A DNA stretch of 64,000 nt, from the NCBI GenBank assembly GCA_030295235.1, contig AP026123.1, forward strand, positions 1,612,001 through 1,676,000, in the 5' to 3' direction. The position numbers and the translations under genes were made by a program. Shown piece by piece: positions 22,549-35,349 of this stretch (position 1 is its first letter; the number at the start of each line of letters is the position of its first letter). The notes below the pieces were generated by a model. The model did not search any database. It was not told the origin of the DNA and saw only the letters and a program-made list of their open reading frames with translations. The DNA is from Fistulifera solaris. Taxonomy: Eukaryota.

Positions 22549-22836
22549 ATGAACGTTCCTCTCTTTATTCTACTCGTCTTCCTGACGGTCACATATTTCA
22601 TTGACGAAATACTGCCTTTCTTGCCAGACGAAGTACAGGTCAAGTACTACCAGTTCTGGATGGACATTCGACGGGAGAAAGAGAACGATGCGTATACTCC
22701 TCTGCCAATGGTAACCGCTCATTCAAGTAGTCCACGATTGTCGAGTCTAAGATACGATACACATTGGAAGTCAGAACAACATGCGTTTCAGAACGATCTC
22801 GTATTCGGTCTGAGCGTGATTCATGAAAGAGTATAA
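22549..22836 (+). CDS. Small hypothetical protein with N-terminal hydrophobic segment (3' structure uncertain)
   Basis: MNVPLFILLVFLTVTYFIDEILPFLP...; a possible splice donor lies near 22711. Confidence 0.4.
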   Translation: MNVPLFILLVFLTVTYFIDEILPFLPDEVQVKYYQFWMDIRREKENDAYTPLPMVTAHSSSPRLSSLRYDTHWKSEQHAFQNDLVFGLSVIHERV

Positions 22837-23465
22837 ACGGGTGGATAACTTCGCCTAATTTGTTCGACCCTCCCGCTGTTGTTGTTGACGCAACAAGGAC
22901 GAGAGATTACGATTCTTCCTTCTGGTGGCTACGTCTCTTTCACTAATTCTTGGTCAAAACCGAGAACCGTACATTCATTTAAAATGGAGCTAGTTAGATT
23001 GAAGAGACTGATCAAGATGACAGCTGACACAACAAATACCAATCCGGATTTGGGTCGCCCTTAGAAAGCAAGAGCTGAACGGTCGACGATCTATCACTGC
23101 TGCAACGTAACAATGCGGTTTTTTTATTAATGGTTTAGCAGTACTTTCCTTACGTAGCTGATCTAGCAAAGTTCTTGTTACATCCATCATTTCTTTGACA
23201 TCCATTTGTAATTTGTAGAACTTTGATTGCTAGGACGAACAGACCCGACGATTTTTCCCACAAGCTCAAAAAGTTCAGTAAACCCTAAAGCCACCAGCGC
23301 TAACTAAAACTGGCACCAAAGTAAAGACTTTCTGTTTGAAATGATGTTACAGTGAAGTACTTAGCGTTGGTTAGATCTGCCCTTGTGCAACGGCGGCCGT
23401 TTTTCATAGTGAAAACAAAATTTATTCAGTCTTGGGCTAACACTACCCATCAATCAACAAACGTC

Positions 23466-24305
23466 TCATTTCTTCCAGAACATTAAATTAAACCCCTTCT
23501 TTTTGTTCTTCTTGCTGGTTTCCCGGGGATTCGCGTGTGGAGCATTACTGATATTCCCCGTCCAAGCAGACACCCTAGCTTGCTCGTCTTTCACCCCCAA
23601 CGCCACGGCCTTTTTTAGCTGCTGCAGCGAATTTTGTAAGGAAACTTCACGAATTTTTTCCCAATCAATGGAGTCCAAACTTTTCCCATCAAGCCTTGAT
23701 GCGCTGATCGCCTTCAGTACAGCTTGACGATGCTTCCATTTATTCCTGGCATCTTCTCGAGAACTCCCTGTGATCGTCCCCTCTAGACCACGTATAGAAT
23801 TGTTCTCTTCGTCAAACTTCAAGTCACCACTGACGTGATTCTTCCATCTAAACACGGTGATTTTAACATCATTATCGAACCTATCAAAATCTGATCCATC
23901 CAACCAGTAATTTTTCTTGTCCTCATCAGCAACAGGCTCCACCTCATGTATTGTCTCAAGCTCCTCGTCGTTGTCCGGAAACTTTACTTTTCGCTTCGCC
24001 GCCTCTTGAGGAGTAAGAGGAGGGTCCTTTCCCTCGAGCCGATGGCGTTCGGACCTTGTCAGAAAACTGGAATAACTGTAATTACGAGGGATATTGCCCG
24101 GTGTATTCCTGTTGCTACTGATCTTTTGCATTTCAGGTACATCGCCATCTTCCTCGTCGTCGCTACCAGAGAGCTCTAATACGCCTTTATCAGCACTGCC
24201 GCCCTCAACAAAGTAATCTTCTTCATCTTCATCGTGTACTTTGCCATCTTCTGTCGTTGAAAAGTTCGGTAATTCCATAATTCTGCTTGTCACTTCAACG
24301 TTCAT
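23466..24305 (-). CDS. Hypothetical protein (KVKF...IHEV...YW...RGLE type often seen in diatoms)
   Basis: Uninterrupted 279-aa ORF with an acidic N-terminus, an RKVKF motif, SIRGLEG and a basic C-terminus. Confidence 0.75.
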   Translation of the reverse strand: MNVEVTSRIMELPNFSTTEDGKVHDEDEEDYFVEGGSADKGVLELSGSDDEEDGDVPEMQKISSNRNTPGNIPRNYSYSSFLTRSERHRLEGKDPPLTPQEAAKRKVKFPDNDEELETIHEVEPVADEDKKNYWLDGSDFDRFDNDVKITVFRWKNHVSGDLKFDEENNSIRGLEGTITGSSREDARNKWKHRQAVLKAISASRLDGKSLDSIDWEKIREVSLQNSLQQLKKAVALGVKDEQARVSAWTGNISNAPHANPRETSKKNKKKGFNLMFWKK

Positions 24306-24956
24306 CGTCTTCTTCAGCGAATTAAGAAGCTGTTGTCAGGGTTTCGACTCGACCGGTGCCACTGATGCTATGATTTGCTTGGAAATACGCTTTACTAGCT
24401 TTTGAATATGGATTTTCATCAACGATGAGCCATAAGATTCTTGCCGATTCATTCTCCGATGATTCGTGCTTCATGATGACCGATGTTAGTGTTCTTGTTG
24501 TTGTTGTTTACTGGTAAGACACGCATCGCGCTTACTTGCACCAGGTACTTTGTACGCTACAGTGATGCCATTGGTGATCCTTTGCTGACGTGACAAACAA
24601 GACTAAAACGCCGTCGGTCTTGAATTGCTTGGCATCGCAATAAAACTGCACCTAAAAATGAGCCATTTGGTCTTGGTGTACATCTGCTCTCTAGCGCTGA
24701 ATGATTCAGCAATCGGCAACAATGGCTCATACTGGTAGGCTAGCAATGAAATTATGATCGTATCGGCTATCAAGGGCAATGATTCCTGTTGCACCGACCG
24801 GTTCAAGTGATCTAATTTTCTCCGCCAGTACAAGATTGACGACAGGGATATTCAAATACCATTCTTTTAATCCATTCTATGAATAATTTGCAGTTAACCT
24901 CTACAGGGGTCGCTCGTCATGTCGAGACTCCGTACGCCGCACCGCGCAGAAAACCA

Positions 24957-27900
24957 TTACACCCAGAAATAGCCCTTGTTTCCACCGTTCGCGGGTTTAG
25001 TTCCATTCGAGGCAACCGCTGAGCTCGTCGATGACGGTTGTAGTATGCTGTCTACTCGGGGTGGTGGAGGCGGCGGCGGACTCGGCGGCCGGGCTGATTT
25101 ATCGTCGGATGACCCAAAAATGATTTCTCAGCTTTCGCCAGCTCGGAAAGGAACGAGTTCCATACATCACTCGTACCGGATGGTGGTGTCTCCTCCTCTT
25201 CTTCTGGCGGGGGAACTACCTCGGGAACTTGCGGCGGAGGCGATGAAACAGGTACATGCTGGGGCTTGAACTCCTCATATGAGTGCTTCGATTCCGAGGG
25301 CGACTTTGCAGTCCGACTCGCGATAATAGATTCGTCATTTTGCGTCGGCGTGGTGTTGGTCGGACTGGATTTGTTCAAAACAGCAGGACTGCGGCGAGAA
25401 AACAAACCTGCTCTAGACTTGCTGGGAGCTTGTCGAACGCTTACACCAGCATGAGCTAGTGTTCGTGCAGAGTTAACTTTGGTCTCTGCAGCATCATTCA
25501 CAGCTTGTGGCGAAGTAGGCTTTGCAGGTGAACGAAAGTACGAAGACATCCCAGGAAAGCGGATGCTTTTGAACTCTCATCGTCTGGGTAGCTAGAATCC
25601 CTCGAAAAGGATCGACCTATCATTTGTTTCGGATCATCAGATATATACCGAGATGCTAGTGGCCTCGGCTCTTCCGTAGTGTAAAGAGAATCATCGTCCG
25701 ACATGACATCACTGTACGCAGGTGAAGGTGGTCGCTGAGAATCATTGTCATCTGCATCGTCGTCCTTCTCCCGGAATACAATCCTACCCGGTTCCTCGTC
25801 ATCTTCATGGCCATTGTCGACGCTTACAGAAGGTGTAATCGGCACAGGCTGCACCGGAGTTGCTTGGTGTTGCTGACTCTTTACATTGTTTGCAGTCGAG
25901 TCATTGGACGAATCAGCAGCTCGGGTGATAGCGGGAGATATATTTTTTCCAATTGATTGCTGAGTATTTGACTTTGACGAATCTACAGCTCGTCCAAAAA
26001 CAGGAGAGATTTGTTGTTTCCCAGCGGCAGCAACTTCAAATCCAATTTGCTCCTCAGAATCGGAGTCTCCTTTGTCTTGTCCATACTTTTGGTAGTATGT
26101 ATCTGCAAGTGACATACCAGGCATCGACATAGACATTGGCGTTGTCAGCGTCTGGTCAGCGTAGAAGAATGATTCCGTGGCAGACTGCTCCATCAATTCC
26201 TCATTACGCCTATCCCTCATGATTTCTTCCAAAGCTTCTTTTTCCGCATTTCTGCAGGCTTGTTCATATGCGAGCTGTTGTGCTTTTAGCTCTGAATTCA
26301 GATCTTTCTTCGACGTTGCGTTTCTTCGGCACACAATACAGACGGCTAAGGCGACAATGAATGCAGCGATACTGACTACAGCCGCGGCAATATAACCCGA
26401 CGATTTTTTCTGATCATTGTTTGGATTTTGTTGATCGATTTCTCCCGGAATAGCAGTTCCTGCGGTTGGCAGTGCTGTTGTGGGCGCGGCGGTTACTTCT
26501 GGAATTGGAACGGTTGGTATTTCCGTGTTTTGTGTCTGTTCAATAGGCGATCTTGTCGGTGCCGGTACTTCCACCGGCCTCGCTATGGGCGAGCTGGTCG
26601 GCGCAATCGTGGTACCCCCTACAATCACAGAAATAATGTTTCCATTGATATCTCCAAAGAAAAGCTCGTTTCCTGATTCAGATACTGCAAAATTCGCTTC
26701 AATGCTAGTATCACACGTGTCCGCGATGTCACAATCCATCACCCAATTGACCTCTCCCGCAATGGCATCATACTGGGAAACACGTCCATTTGCCTTGAAT
26801 CACAAGTGAGATCCTGTTTATGACAGTTACTGGACAGAATCTCGACAATCTTACCTCGATCGTATAAACCACATCTCCACTCAAAACTGGTGAAGCTTCA
26901 ATGAGACTCTCAGTGGTCACAGTCCAAGCAGAAACACCGTCTTGCAGCATCACCGCACTAAACTGGGGACCCGCCGAGGCCACAAAGGCCATTTCGCCGG
27001 TTGATGAAAATATTGGTGTTGACAAGATCGCTGCATGCTTGTCAGTGTTTTGATCTAGCAACCATACACGACACAGCAATACGAAGACACTTACGTGCGT
27101 CTGCATTAGCAGGATTTTCATCTACAAAACGTTGCCAGCGCGGAGCTTTATTTTCAACTTGGAAATCCGCAGAAAGAACATCTGATAAATCATTTGCACC
27201 TACGTATCCGGTGAGACTCGCTCCTTGCTCTGCGATAATGAGCTCCATGTTTTCACTCAAAAGAGGCGCTGTCACCGAGGAACGGAGGAACGTAGATATA
27301 TTGATGAATCTAAAAGGCGCAGATTGATCCTCTTTATTTCCTTCTTCCTTTTCGGGTCCTCCCCGCCTTCTTCTTTTCCGCCTCCACCTTCTTCCACTTG
27401 TTCAATCAGCACATATAGCCCTCCTTCCTCTGAGAGACCAATGTCGCGATTCGAAGCGACCGCGAGAGCATCTTGATTGTCTACTGTTACCAGGGAGGGC
27501 GGACCTAAAGTTGTGTCGTCTGTGATAAAGCTTCCGACCGCCCTAGGGTCTCCTTCGCCTTCCATTTGAAATATGGTGATCCCTCCTACGTCGGTGTTAT
27601 GCACGACGTAGACATATTCTTCGCTCACTTGAGGGGTGCCAATAGCTCGTCCGTTGACAGAAACACTCCAAACCAATGTGCCGTCTTCTAGATTGACACA
27701 CAGCACCCGACTGGTCGTTTCCGCGTCATCTCGCGCCGCGTCAACGACCGAGTAAATTGCCAAGTCTCCGCGCAAAGAGATATACCCGACGAACTCGATA
27801 ATTCTTGCCCTGCCGTTGTTTCGGGCGTGAACACGTACGTGATGGTGTCATCTGTAGGGTCAAAACGGGCCAAGGACCCTTCGGCGGTTGTTGCTACCAC

Positions 27901-28059
27901 GGAACCGAGGTAATCAATCAAAGCATTTCCACGTTGAAAGGTCAAATTAGGGAGTTGAAATTTGGAACCCAAGCGCGGTTCCAGGAGTAGCTGGGCTTCC
28001 ACAGGCAATGCCAGTAGTAACAAAGTGCACAGGCAGTGCAATAAAAAAGACGTTCCCAT
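24957..28059 (-). CDS. Type I membrane protein: signal peptide, PQQ-like beta-propeller ectodomain, P/T-rich stalk, TM helix and long acidic cytoplasmic tail; fragmented by introns and frameshifts
   Basis: MGTSFLLHCLCTLLLLALPVEAQ; repeats such as DGTLVWSVSV and DGVSAWTVTT..ASPVLSGDVVY; LFFGDINGNI; TM YIAAAVVSIAAFIVALAVCIVC. Confidence 0.7.
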
Positions 28060-28527
28060 GTTGATTGTGATGAAATAGGAACATCTGTTTATTGTTTTGT
28101 CTTTTTTGTTCTGAAAGGGTTGACTGGCCGTTGAATTACAGATGCTGGCTTCCCTCCAAAAAATTGCCCCCATCATGCCGTCGCGCCATTCGTTGCAGCC
28201 TCATCGATTGTCCGTTCAAAAAGTGTTTTGTCTATGTATTCTACTAGGTATAACACAGAAAGTGCGAAAAACTCCGCGCATTGGTGGTGCGCGCCGGACC
28301 GCTCATACATGGGCGTCATAGACACGACTGAGATCGTTAAGTCCTGTTTCAAAGTCTCGCTATATGGATGAATAACATGACAGGGACAACGAAACTAATT
28401 GTGCCATGAAAGTAAACTTGTTATGATTGAATATGATTTTCAGCCTAGACACTGCAAATACACTTCAAAAGCCCGACTGCTGAATGAAATTATGAGGTAG
28501 CGGTGTATTTATGTTAGAAGGCCCCAC

Positions 28528-29511
28528 TCAATCCTTTGATCCTGAGCCGAACTTTGCAAACAAAGACTCCACTCGCTTGGTCACCCAGCCGTACAATTCC
28601 TCCTTCGCTTGAATGGCTGCCGCGTGCTTCTCGCGTTTTCCTGTTTGAATGTCCCTAGCCACATCTAGAAGACTCACGAGCATCTGCTTGATGACTTGCC
28701 GAGTGAAAAAGTTGATAATGGACACGGGCACATAGCTGACATGAGCGTCTATGGATTTTTCGATCGTTACCAAGACTTTGTGTTCATTTTCCGGGTACTT
28801 TCGTTTGGACCGTTTGAGAAGATCGTGATCCTCCGGACACGCGCGAATGACAATGCCGGCATCAAAGTCAATCCGGACGGCGCCTTTGGCAGGTTCGGGA
28901 ATGTTGATGTCATCATCAAAATACCCCGGTGGTAGATCTTTGACACGAATCAAAATGGCAGCAGCTTCTTCAATGGCATCGATTGATACTGCATGTTGCA
29001 CAACTTCGCGGGTAGCAATCGGGAACGGCATATCCACCGTCACTTGAACAATCTGATTCCCTCTTCCGAATTCATGCAACATCTTTGATTGGCGAAGTCC
29101 CACTCGCGGGTGCTTCCAACTCGGCATCCATTCTGAATATAGGTTCGTTTCATTTAATACCGCCAACAGCGGTACCACCATACTCGACTCTAAAATCAAT
29201 TCAATGCGAACTGTAAGCCTGTTGTTTAAATCGACCTTGTGGTACGTCACAAAGTCGTAATTCGCGTGAGCTTCTCCTTGTTTCTTCCATCCATGCGCCA
29301 CAAATGCACCCTCTCGCTCTCGTTTCAATCGACTTTCCATTTCATCGGCCCACAGCAGAGCGTGACGAAATTGTGTGGTCAATTTCGTCATATCTTGCAC
29401 CTCACGGAGGTGCCGCGCCGCCTCTAAATATCGTTCGACCGCAATCAGCTCTTTTGCTTTCTTCATCAATTCATCGTCCGATACTCGGATCGATGATGAT
29501 GATTCGAGCAT
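28528..29511 (-). CDS. START/SRPBCC-domain lipid-binding protein
   Basis: LLAVLNETNLYSEWMP, DMPFPIATRE and YVPVSIINFFTR in a 327-aa ORF. Confidence 0.75.
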   Translation of the reverse strand: MLESSSSIRVSDDELMKKAKELIAVERYLEAARHLREVQDMTKLTTQFRHALLWADEMESRLKREREGAFVAHGWKKQGEAHANYDFVTYHKVDLNNRLTVRIELILESSMVVPLLAVLNETNLYSEWMPSWKHPRVGLRQSKMLHEFGRGNQIVQVTVDMPFPIATREVVQHAVSIDAIEEAAAILIRVKDLPPGYFDDDINIPEPAKGAVRIDFDAGIVIRACPEDHDLLKRSKRKYPENEHKVLVTIEKSIDAHVSYVPVSIINFFTRQVIKQMLVSLLDVARDIQTGKREKHAAAIQAKEELYGWVTKRVESLFAKFGSGSKD

Positions 29512-29731
29512 TTTCGTGCTGACAAAGACAACCGGATGGGGGCACTCTGATACTTTGATGTGCGTATTCTGACGTCGAACTCTATTATGTATAACCAGAT
29601 ATGAGCTTTATGAACATCAATTAGGTCTTATGTTTCTTGTAAAGGGTGAATGGCATATTATTGGGAAAGACGAGATGCTGCGTTTCCGCAAAAACCGTGC
29701 GAGCATTCATGGTGCGAGGACGACTCATGAC

Positions 29732-29783
29732 TCATGACTAAAACCAAGTCATGGTGAAAACGGACAACAGTTTGGACTTATAG
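29732..29783 (-). repeat. Dispersed bipartite hairpin element copy
   Basis: TCATGACTAAAACCAAGTCATGG-tgaaaacgga-CAACAGTTTGGACTTATAG. Confidence 0.7.
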
Positions 29784-29977
29784 CTCGTAAGAGTCTAGGC
29801 AAGAAAGTATAGACCGTATTTTCAACGGATACCGCGAGACATAACTGTTATCGCCAATAATACTTTTTTTCTGCATTTAATATTTTGTTCTTCATCCCTA
29901 TTAATCATCAGTCATCAATTATCAACACTCGGATACTTCCATTCGATTCATTCCTTTTCTAAAGAAAGTGGTTAGCG

Positions 29978-30434
29978 ATGTGCTGCTGCGGTGGTGATGC
30001 CGTCAACGAAGACAAACTTGTTCTTTGCTGTGCGCTTTGCTGTGTCAACCTTTCTGTGTATCCAAGTTGCGGTTGCTTGGGTTGCTCTGGAAAGGTAAGA
30101 TCTTAATGGTGATGATGAATGAACTGTATTCATACCTCATCCGATAATTAATTGACCCATGTTATGGTCACAGGCGGGTATATGCTGTTTGAATGCAGAG
30201 GTTTGCTGCAAGCCTGGTGTTCCTTCGCTCTTTCCGTTTTGTTGTCTTGGACTTAAACCCCAATGTAATGGTTGCAGTATCCTGAACGGTCAGTGCCATG
30301 TCTGCTGTGGCGTTTTGTCCTGTGCTATTCCTTGCAATGACGAAGTTCCGGTAGCGGTTGCTGTAGCTGGATTGACGCTTTACCCGAAATGCGGTTTTTG
30401 CATATCACAGAAGACAGTAATGGAGCGTGACTAA
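29978..30434 (+). CDS. Small cysteine-rich protein (~125 aa, 25 Cys), 2 exons
   Basis: Exon 1 (29978-30094) encodes MCCCGGDAVNEDKLVLCCALCC...GCSGK. A GT-AG intron at 30095-30173 joins it in frame to AGICCLNAEVCCKPG...MERD*. Confidence 0.85.
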
Positions 30435-30876
30435 GTACATCCGGCATCATGGGATCCCAGAATGAAAGAAATTACGTGAATGTCATATTATGTAAAAGAT
30501 TGGCAACTTGTGGCTGTTTTGCTGTTATGTTTTCCAGCGGAGTGATCTCGGCGAAAAGTTCGAATCGGTAAGAAAGTAAATTATAGTAAATCCGCCTTTA
30601 CCAAGGAGACGCATCAATACACTTATGGAAATATTACTTGAAATACGCTTCATTGCATTGCAACCTTGATCTAGTGCTCCCATAAAGCGATAAAGATCCA
30701 ATTCTAAAAAAAATGGAAAGATCGCAATTTGGATAATTGACCCTCATTCAGTCTGATGTGTGCTCAGTCAAGCTGCCTTTATTAGAGGTGTGCATACCTT
30801 CGTCATTATTCTTTCTAAAGATAAACGTTAATTAGTATACCTAGACCATTGCGTCGGATAATGTCGTATTCCGTAG

Positions 30877-31124
30877 ATACAATAGACTCAAAGTGTATAC
30901 AACATTTTTCACGACTGCACATTCAGTCATGAATACCTAAAGCTCCGAGCCAGACTGTTACCGAAACATCTTTCGTTCTGCACACTTGTTAATCTGAATT
31001 TGTCATCTTGTCATTTACGCTTCGATTTCTACGTCCATTTAGTCTTGCCGACGCTGGTATTCAGATTTTGCTATAGACCCAAAGTTTTCCCTCAACATTA
31101 CCACGACTGTATTTTCAGTCATGA
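30877..31124 (+). repeat. Two copies of the dispersed bipartite hairpin element (192 bp apart)
   Basis: ACAATAGactcAAAGTGT...TCACGACTG-CACATT-CAGTCATGA (ends 30932) and TTTTGCTATAGacccAAAGT...CCACGACTG-TATTTT-CAGTCATGA (31066-31124). Confidence 0.85.
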
Positions 31125-31279
31125 GTCATCCCTCTGAGGCAAATTGATAGATGCGAAATAATGTAAACTCCGTTTTTTCTGCTACATTAGCTAGAGACAT
31201 GAATGCTTCACCACGCCGCAACAAATTTCAGTTTTATCGGGATACGCAATGCACACCACGAATAATCTGATGCTCATCG

Positions 31280-33287
31280 TATGTTTCAATACCAGGTAAG
31301 GCGAGATTGATTTGAAGAAGTCGACATCATGACAAAAACATCGCACTTATCCGCCTACTCAAGCTCCTTGACAGTCATGCTTAAAGTACTCTCATTTCGG
31401 ATCTTGTGTCACGCAGTCATGCGTCCGATGTGGATTTCTCATTCGAGATTGGAAAAGGAACACACAACCGCACAAAAACGCATTGCAATCACTTCAGTAT
31501 TGAGAAGGATTGATCACTCGCTTATTGAACCTCAACAAAAAATTGATAAGCACTAAGGCCACCAGCGACTCTGAATATCCATTAGCGAAGAAGCCGAGAA
31601 AGACGCAACAATTCGACCCACAAAATGACAGCATCCGAGTTGACACAACTCTTACCCCAAAAACAAGGAGACGAATCTTCGTCTTGTGAGTTTTTATAGC
31701 CATATTACACCTTTCTTTAACACTCTTACTCACTTGTTACTAACTTGACAGCTTCCAAGACTATCGGATTGATGGGAAGTATCGCTATCGCCGTCAATTC
31801 CTTAGCCGGCCCCGCGATTCTCCAACTCCCATTTCAGTATCAGCAATCTGGTATCATTCCCACTACAATTTGCTTGGTGGCTGTCGCCACACTGTCTGCC
31901 TACTGCAGCTTACACATGGCCAGTGTGGTCTCCAAGGTTCCCGGAAACAAGCATTACGACAAATGTATTGAATTTAGTGACGTTTATCGTATTTTCTGGA
32001 GTGAACGAGCGTATCGAGCTACCCAAATCTTGTTTTATTTGACGGCAGTGTGTGTCAATTTGGCCGCCATTGTGGATACTGCACAGACGGTTGATAGTGC
32101 GCTGGGTCTTCACGCTAAGACTTACGGATATTCGTTTGATAAGGGTGAATTCATCTCGTGGTCACACCGAACTCATTGCACACGGTACATGGTGAAGCGC
32201 GGAGATTGCAGCCCCTTTGAGGATCCCGACAAGTATGGACAGTATATTCTGACAGTGGGGTATCTCTTGACGGCTGTTGTTTTTGTGCCTCTTTGTCTAA
32301 TGGATCTGAAAGAAAATAGTGCTCTACAGAGTAAGTGATATCCGTGCCCCGTCGAACGTCGAAGAACCTTATGACTTGTGATCGTCACCTCACGCTGTAA
32401 TAACTCGACCAGTCGTTGGCTTTGTGATACTGATGACAACTTCGGCTTATTTTTGTTTGGACTTGAGTCAGTTTCACCTGACTTTAGAGCATGCTTCTCT
32501 TTGGGGTGAAAAATGGGACGATATGTTGGGCGTAATTCTGTTCAATTTTGCTTTGGTCTTAGCCATTCCGGCGTGGCTCCACGAAAAGAAGGCAAATGTT
32601 GGAGTCGGGCAAACAGTGTTCCTGTCGACTGTGATTTCCGCGGCATTATACATTGGTGTCGGGCTTATGGGGGCGTTGGCAATTCCCAAAGTGAACATCA
32701 ATCTACTGGACCCGATGGTTTCCGGAGCCTTTGGCCGTGGTGTTCAAGTGGCAGCCTCCATATTTGCCTTTTTCATCATTGGCTTGGATATTCCGCTCTT
32801 CTCCGTGCTAACAAGATACAATTTGACTCATTCTGGCTTATGCAGTGTCGACTTCTCCAACTGGCTCGTCGTATGGATCCCTTGGGGGATTGGATGGGCG
32901 TTCTATGCCGGTGATGCTATTGGAACGCTTCTTTCTTGGGGCGGCATCCTTCTTCTGTCATCAGTTGCTTTCATTTTGCCGTTGTCTCTAGCATATCGTG
33001 CACTCAAAGCAAGACCAGAAGAGGCTGGTGCGGTCGAGGTCTACGGTCCCTTCTTCAAAACGTTCAAGCAACAGAAAGTTGCTTTACGTATCCTCTTGAT
33101 GACCGCCACCGCGAGTGTAGTGATTGCAATTTTAGGAGAATTTCTCGGAGACCAGGCCACTGCCCTTTATCTATCGTCAACGAACTACCTGAATAGTACC
33201 TCCGTCGAAGATTTACTGAACTATTCCCACCTAATGTTCTCTGAGGTCTTTATGAATAACTCGACACTCAACACAACCTGGTGGTAA
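31280..33287 (+). CDS. Amino-acid transporter (AAAP/Aa_trans family), multi-exon; 5' end uncertain
   Basis: KTIGLMGSIAIAVNSLAGPAILQLPFQYQQSG, GVILFNFALVLAIPAWLHEKK and many TM segments. Introns at about 31686-31751 and near 32331-32412. Confidence 0.85.
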
Positions 33288-33601
33288 CTCCTCTACATCT
33301 ATAGAAACAAATAATACATTTGAATCGAGAATTAAAACATTAATAGCGGAAGAGTCAAAGTTTTGATGACTTTTTAGTTTTTTCGGGAATCAAACAGGCA
33401 AACTTCATGGCGTTGTGCTGGCTATTTTGGTTGCAATGACCTACGGCTTGAAAGTAAGAGCTACTCCACTAGAATGACTCACTTTATGCTCAAACACTAG
33501 ATCTTGACGAAGTTTTACATTATTACACCGGACTACAAACCATCGGCGACTACATCTACCCTTAAAAAGGTTCCGTATCGATGAAATTTGAAGCATTGCC
33601 A

Positions 33602-33853
33602 TCACGACTGGATCCAGTCACGGTCAAAGTACGGCAAACAATTTGATGCGGTAACGAATAGGTCCGCAAATGAAAGCACAAAGTGTACAAGCATTTGCAA
33701 TGACATTGATGACATCGTTAGTAACAGCTAACTTCATTCAAAAAATGTGGCATCGTGTTTATCTGCGTCGAAACGTTCCTAGGCGTCGACTGAGATTTTA
33801 CTATAGCCTTAGAGTGTTGGTTGTACGGATTCACGACTGCTTCTCAATCATGG
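33602..33853. repeat. Two oppositely oriented copies of the dispersed bipartite hairpin element
   Basis: 33602-33655 TCACGACTG-GATC-CAGTCACGG...AAACAATTTG (minus) and 33796-33853 TTTTACTATAGccttAGAGTGTTGG...TCACGACTGCTTCTCAATCATGG (plus). Confidence 0.75.
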
Positions 33854-34272
33854 CTAGCAATGCCATAAAGTGGCAACAAATTATACTCTAGTTCATGTAC
33901 AAAGTTATAGGTATCAGAAAACATGCAATGGATCCTTTGAAATGCACAATCGCGAAGATTGGCGTGGGAAATCTCCTGAAGTGTGCCTTAAACCATATTG
34001 TCGGATAAAACTTTGAACTCAAACCACGTGCCGGTACGACATCATTACCAGTATGAGACCGACGCCCGTTTTTAGTGTGCGACCATGACAAATGCGATCA
34101 CGATGATGCTTGTGAAGCAGAAATCGTGAACGGAGGAAAGCATTTTATTTCAAGGCCTTCGAATATATTGAGCGTCAATTGCCATTGCCACTGTATTAGA
34201 GACGCTGTCCCTACTTTTTCGTTTTTGAAAAGCGTTGCCTAACGATAATTGAACATCTTCGAGCCGTTCAAC

Positions 34273-35349
34273 ATGCTAAGATACCTCCTTGTCGTCGCAT
34301 CATTTTGGTCTCCAAGAACATGCGCTTTTTCTTTAAACCCTCACTTAGCTTCAGCACCGAGTTTCATTTCGCGTAGGCAACAGATACGGCTCTTTGGAGA
34401 AACACTATACGGCAAAGGAGCAGAGATCTGGCCTCCCACCAATGAAGGGATTGTCGATTTGAAAGATTCCTTCCCCAACGGCATTTTACCGGACGACATT
34501 GCCAAGCGCTATCAACAACAACGGAGGATCATTGAGGACGAAGTTGTTGCTCCAGCCGACAATTCGTTGGTAGAAAAGAGAAAGAGGCGATGGAGCATTT
34601 TACCCCCTCGAGTCGCTCGCATCCTACGAAGAGCAGCGGCAGGAGAAGAAGAAAATGAGCAAGCCACGCAACCGATCGACCGAACCCCCGCCATCGTTGG
34701 CTTGGCATGTCTGTCTATGGTGCAGCCAATCGATATGCTGTTAGTCACGTTCCTATCCGGTTATTTTTGTCTCCTGGCAAATTGGTCGAATCTTGCGAGT
34801 CGGACAGGCATTCCATCTCTCCCCGCTCTACCACCACAAGGCCACGTTCCCGTGCAAATATCCAATCCGCTGGGGTATCATTTATCGCAGTCGCCCATTT
34901 ACGACAAATGGCTGAAACTTGGAATTTTCTTGGGTTTGTTTGCGCCCGTGCTATGGATTTATCATCATACCTACGGAGGAGGCTGTCTAGACGCTGCTCT
35001 AGCAGGACGACCGCTATTTCTCTTGTGCTGTCAGGCCATATCGGAATCTTTAAGTCGTCGCCAATTGATATCGACTCCATTACCAATTCGCATTCTGATT
35101 CCTGTTGCTTACAATAGTGTTCGTCTAACGTATCTGTGGAGGTTCGTTGTTGCTCCAGGTTTGGGTTGGGCGGGACTCTTGCTCGCCATTTCTAATTTCT
35201 TGTACTGGTCGGTCAATTTATTCGGTTTCTTGATCCCAGTTGCTACCATGAAATACATGCGCACCCACTTTTTCTTTGTTGAAGCCCAACAAGTCACAAC
35301 ACGGGTGGGTATGGAAGAGACGGTAGGCTTAACACCCTACTACAAGTAA
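34273..35349 (+). CDS. Probable plastid-targeted multi-pass membrane protein of unknown function
   Basis: Signal peptide followed by TCA-FSL, several TM segments, and conserved-looking LPALPPQGHVP and PLPIRILIPVAYN. Confidence 0.75.
   Translation: MLRYLLVVASFWSPRTCAFSLNPHLASAPSFISRRQQIRLFGETLYGKGAEIWPPTNEGIVDLKDSFPNGILPDDIAKRYQQQRRIIEDEVVAPADNSLVEKRKRRWSILPPRVARILRRAAAGEEENEQATQPIDRTPAIVGLACLSMVQPIDMLLVTFLSGYFCLLANWSNLASRTGIPSLPALPPQGHVPVQISNPLGYHLSQSPIYDKWLKLGIFLGLFAPVLWIYHHTYGGGCLDAALAGRPLFLLCCQAISESLSRRQLISTPLPIRILIPVAYNSVRLTYLWRFVVAPGLGWAGLLLAISNFLYWSVNLFGFLIPVATMKYMRTHFFFVEAQQVTTRVGMEETVGLTPYYK

Noticed and set aside
28323..28346. CACGACTG half-site resembling the hairpin element (also weak traces near 22110, 30737 and 34083)
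   Set aside because: These lack a clear second arm or the CTATAG/AAAGTGT part, so they were not counted as copies.
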